This document shows positions 62,131-64,000 of a DNA stretch of 64,000 nucleotides, piece by piece. Positions within the stretch are counted from its first letter, which is position 1. Each line of letters starts with the position of its first letter. A program made the position numbers and the translations under genes. Location: positions 248,001-312,000 of the forward strand of contig JBDOQK010000003.1 of NCBI GenBank assembly GCA_040437565.1. The letters are read 5' to 3'. The notes under the pieces are model-generated. The model worked only from the letters and a program-made list of their open reading frames with translations, made no database searches and was not told the origin of the DNA. The stretch comes from Albugo candida. Its lineage: Eukaryota.

Positions 62131-64000
62131 ATGACGGAAATCACAGCGATCAGTGACATTGCGACTGCTATAATACACGATGCAGTCACTGAGCTAGTAG
62201 AATCGATTGTTCAAGATGTGAGTGTCACGAACGATTTTAAAGACGCATCATTGATAACACAAAGCGATGAAAAGCTTTTTGGCTTTGAGTCTGACCAGAA
62301 AGTGGTACTTCTAACGTCCCTGTATTCATACGACAAATTTGTGGACGTGACGGTAGAAGAGGTTATGAGCACAATAGTGTCGTCAATTTTGAGAAACTCG
62401 GAAAATTGGACTTCCGCTTTAGTAACAAGTGAGCATGGCACAGAAGGCGAATACTTGAAAGATTCGAGGCAGTGTGATGTTTCATTTGTTAAGAAAGTAC
62501 GCTCAGAGACGAAGAGATATGAAGTAGCTCAAAAAGCGAGTCTAAATGATACGTGGCAGGAAGGTACCACCACAAATCAACGTCTCATTAAAGGACAAGT
62601 GGATAGCGACGATATGTGTGACCCAATTGAAGATACACAATGTCCGGCTGAAACGATGGAAGTAAATTTGCCCAAAGTCACGCTATACGAGAAATCTTCG
62701 TCTTTACTGGTTGATATCTCACTCAGCTCAACAGATTCCGACGATTCTGACTCATATGACGACGCAAATGCGAGTGATAATGCGTCAGCATCACCGATTT
62801 CCATTTCCCCGCGTTCATGTTACTCCGACGATTCATTCCCTTATTCAGACTTCATAGATGATAAAGTACAATATCAAGCAAGTTCATATCTTCCTGGAAT
62901 CCCTGAAATCAGTTCCAAGGCGCTTCATATTGCTGTGAGCACAAAATTGGGTAAATATACAACATTTGATAGTCGCTACACTCCCAGCGATTCAGACACA
63001 AATGATTCCGTTTTAACGTCAAGTGATGGATCATTTTGTGTCTCTTGTGGCAGTAGATCGAATATCGAAGAATTCGAGGTCGAAGCATTATCGGAGATGG
63101 TACCAGGTATCATACCTCATGAAGTGGGTGATGAAATCAAATTAGTAGAGCCCATGGAGTATACTGAGCGCAGACCAACCATTAAATCAAGTTCGGATTC
63201 AGTCAGTGCTGATTCTATCTTTCCGGATCTTGGAAACTTGCATATCACCAGATATCTGCGGTCAAAAAGCTATGCTCCTACCTCTGCTCCTGTTTCTAAT
63301 TTTCAAAGGAAGGAGGAAACCAATACATCTATCACCGAAACGATAACTGGAGAACAACAGTCCAAACTCACACCCGGGTGTTGTGTTTCAACAAGATATG
63401 GGCTAGGAACTGTGGTAGCATGCGGCCAGGAACAGGGTACTTCCGTCATTCGACTACAATGCAGCACCTTGCCGATGTTGATGTACTGTCGAGACACCAG
63501 CAATATTCACGTGATTCCCGCTATCCGAAATGATTTGGTCATAACGCCGGTCGGAGAAGGTCACGTCATTGATTACATGAGCCGACAAAGGACGTATCTG
63601 GTACAAATTGGCAACGACGCTAATGTATCGGGCAAGAAAAGACTGGAGCGAATTTTTTTCGAGACGGAGATAAGGCGTCAAGAATCAGGGCGACGCAATA
63701 TTATGCCGTCTCGATTCGTGCCGACAACATTCAGACAAAAAGCAAGCGATTGTAAAAGCATCGAAGCAAGAAATCGTTCTCAAACGTGTGTGCAAAAGCC
63801 GAAAGCTACAGTTGATGATCGGTCTCATTCTGGGGACAAAGCGTACGACGAGTCGATCCAATCGAATTTCCTGTCGGGTGCATTCCGACGTGCTGTGGCA
63901 GCATCGTCGGAATTATCCAACTCCACTATAAACTATGTGTCAAAATGGAATCTAGTTGGCCAATACGTGCAAACAAAGTACGGCCAGGGCACCATCAAAA
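62131..64000 (+). CDS. Long hypothetical protein, partial (runs off window), with V-x-T-x-[YV]-G-x-G SH3/KOW-like repeats
   Basis: Open frame from ATG 62131 to the window end, absent from the ORF track because it has no stop. An acidic Ser-rich N-half precedes CVSTRYGLGTV, VITPVGEGHV and VQTKYGQGTI. Confidence 0.75.
   Translation, partial: MTEITAISDIATAIIHDAVTELVESIVQDVSVTNDFKDASLITQSDEKLFGFESDQKVVLLTSLYSYDKFVDVTVEEVMSTIVSSILRNSENWTSALVTSEHGTEGEYLKDSRQCDVSFVKKVRSETKRYEVAQKASLNDTWQEGTTTNQRLIKGQVDSDDMCDPIEDTQCPAETMEVNLPKVTLYEKSSSLLVDISLSSTDSDDSDSYDDANASDNASASPISISPRSCYSDDSFPYSDFIDDKVQYQASSYLPGIPEISSKALHIAVSTKLGKYTTFDSRYTPSDSDTNDSVLTSSDGSFCVSCGSRSNIEEFEVEALSEMVPGIIPHEVGDEIKLVEPMEYTERRPTIKSSSDSVSADSIFPDLGNLHITRYLRSKSYAPTSAPVSNFQRKEETNTSITETITGEQQSKLTPGCCVSTRYGLGTVVACGQEQGTSVIRLQCSTLPMLMYCRDTSNIHVIPAIRNDLVITPVGEGHVIDYMSRQRTYLVQIGNDANVSGKKRLERIFFETEIRRQESGRRNIMPSRFVPTTFRQKASDCKSIEARNRSQTCVQKPKATVDDRSHSGDKAYDESIQSNFLSGAFRRAVAASSELSNSTINYVSKWNLVGQYVQTKYGQGTIK

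Overview
Eukaryotic nuclear DNA from a very gene-dense oomycete genome, most likely an Albugo-like white rust. This is an inference from short GT-AG introns, tiny intergenic spaces, retained flagellar genes and a GPCR-INPP4 fusion. About 26 spliced protein-coding genes and one tRNA-Ile(TAT) are supported: UreD, Sds3-like, PDZ protein, CCDC153/DRC12, kinesin-14, EED, TOP3A, TruB, ATAD1, an HMG-box/histone-fold fusion, WDR46, FAM192A, a Treslin/Sld3-like protein, a secreted effector candidate, REV3, HCF101, Mic19, a Cys-rich membrane protein, a CH+TBC RabGAP, an aquaglyceroporin, a giant kinesin-3, an XRRA1-like LRR protein, a DUF3605 protein, a 7TM-INPP4 fusion and a truncated ORF at the right edge. 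There are nine 100-N gaps. Eight are flanked by direct duplications: seven look like unmerged contig overlaps, and one pair differs by about 3%. The most notable observations are a 7TM-INPP4 receptor whose catalytic Cys is replaced by Ser, a cyanobacterial-type TruB, a 102-bp hAT-like MITE next to a secreted orphan gene, an HMG-box/histone-fold fusion, a compact Treslin/Sld3 with paired CDK sites, and a co-oriented gene run with spacers down to 19 bp. I found no CRISPR array, rRNA or clearly new multi-gene system. Family calls come from motif recognition by eye, not database searches. Exon boundaries and some start codons are approximate.
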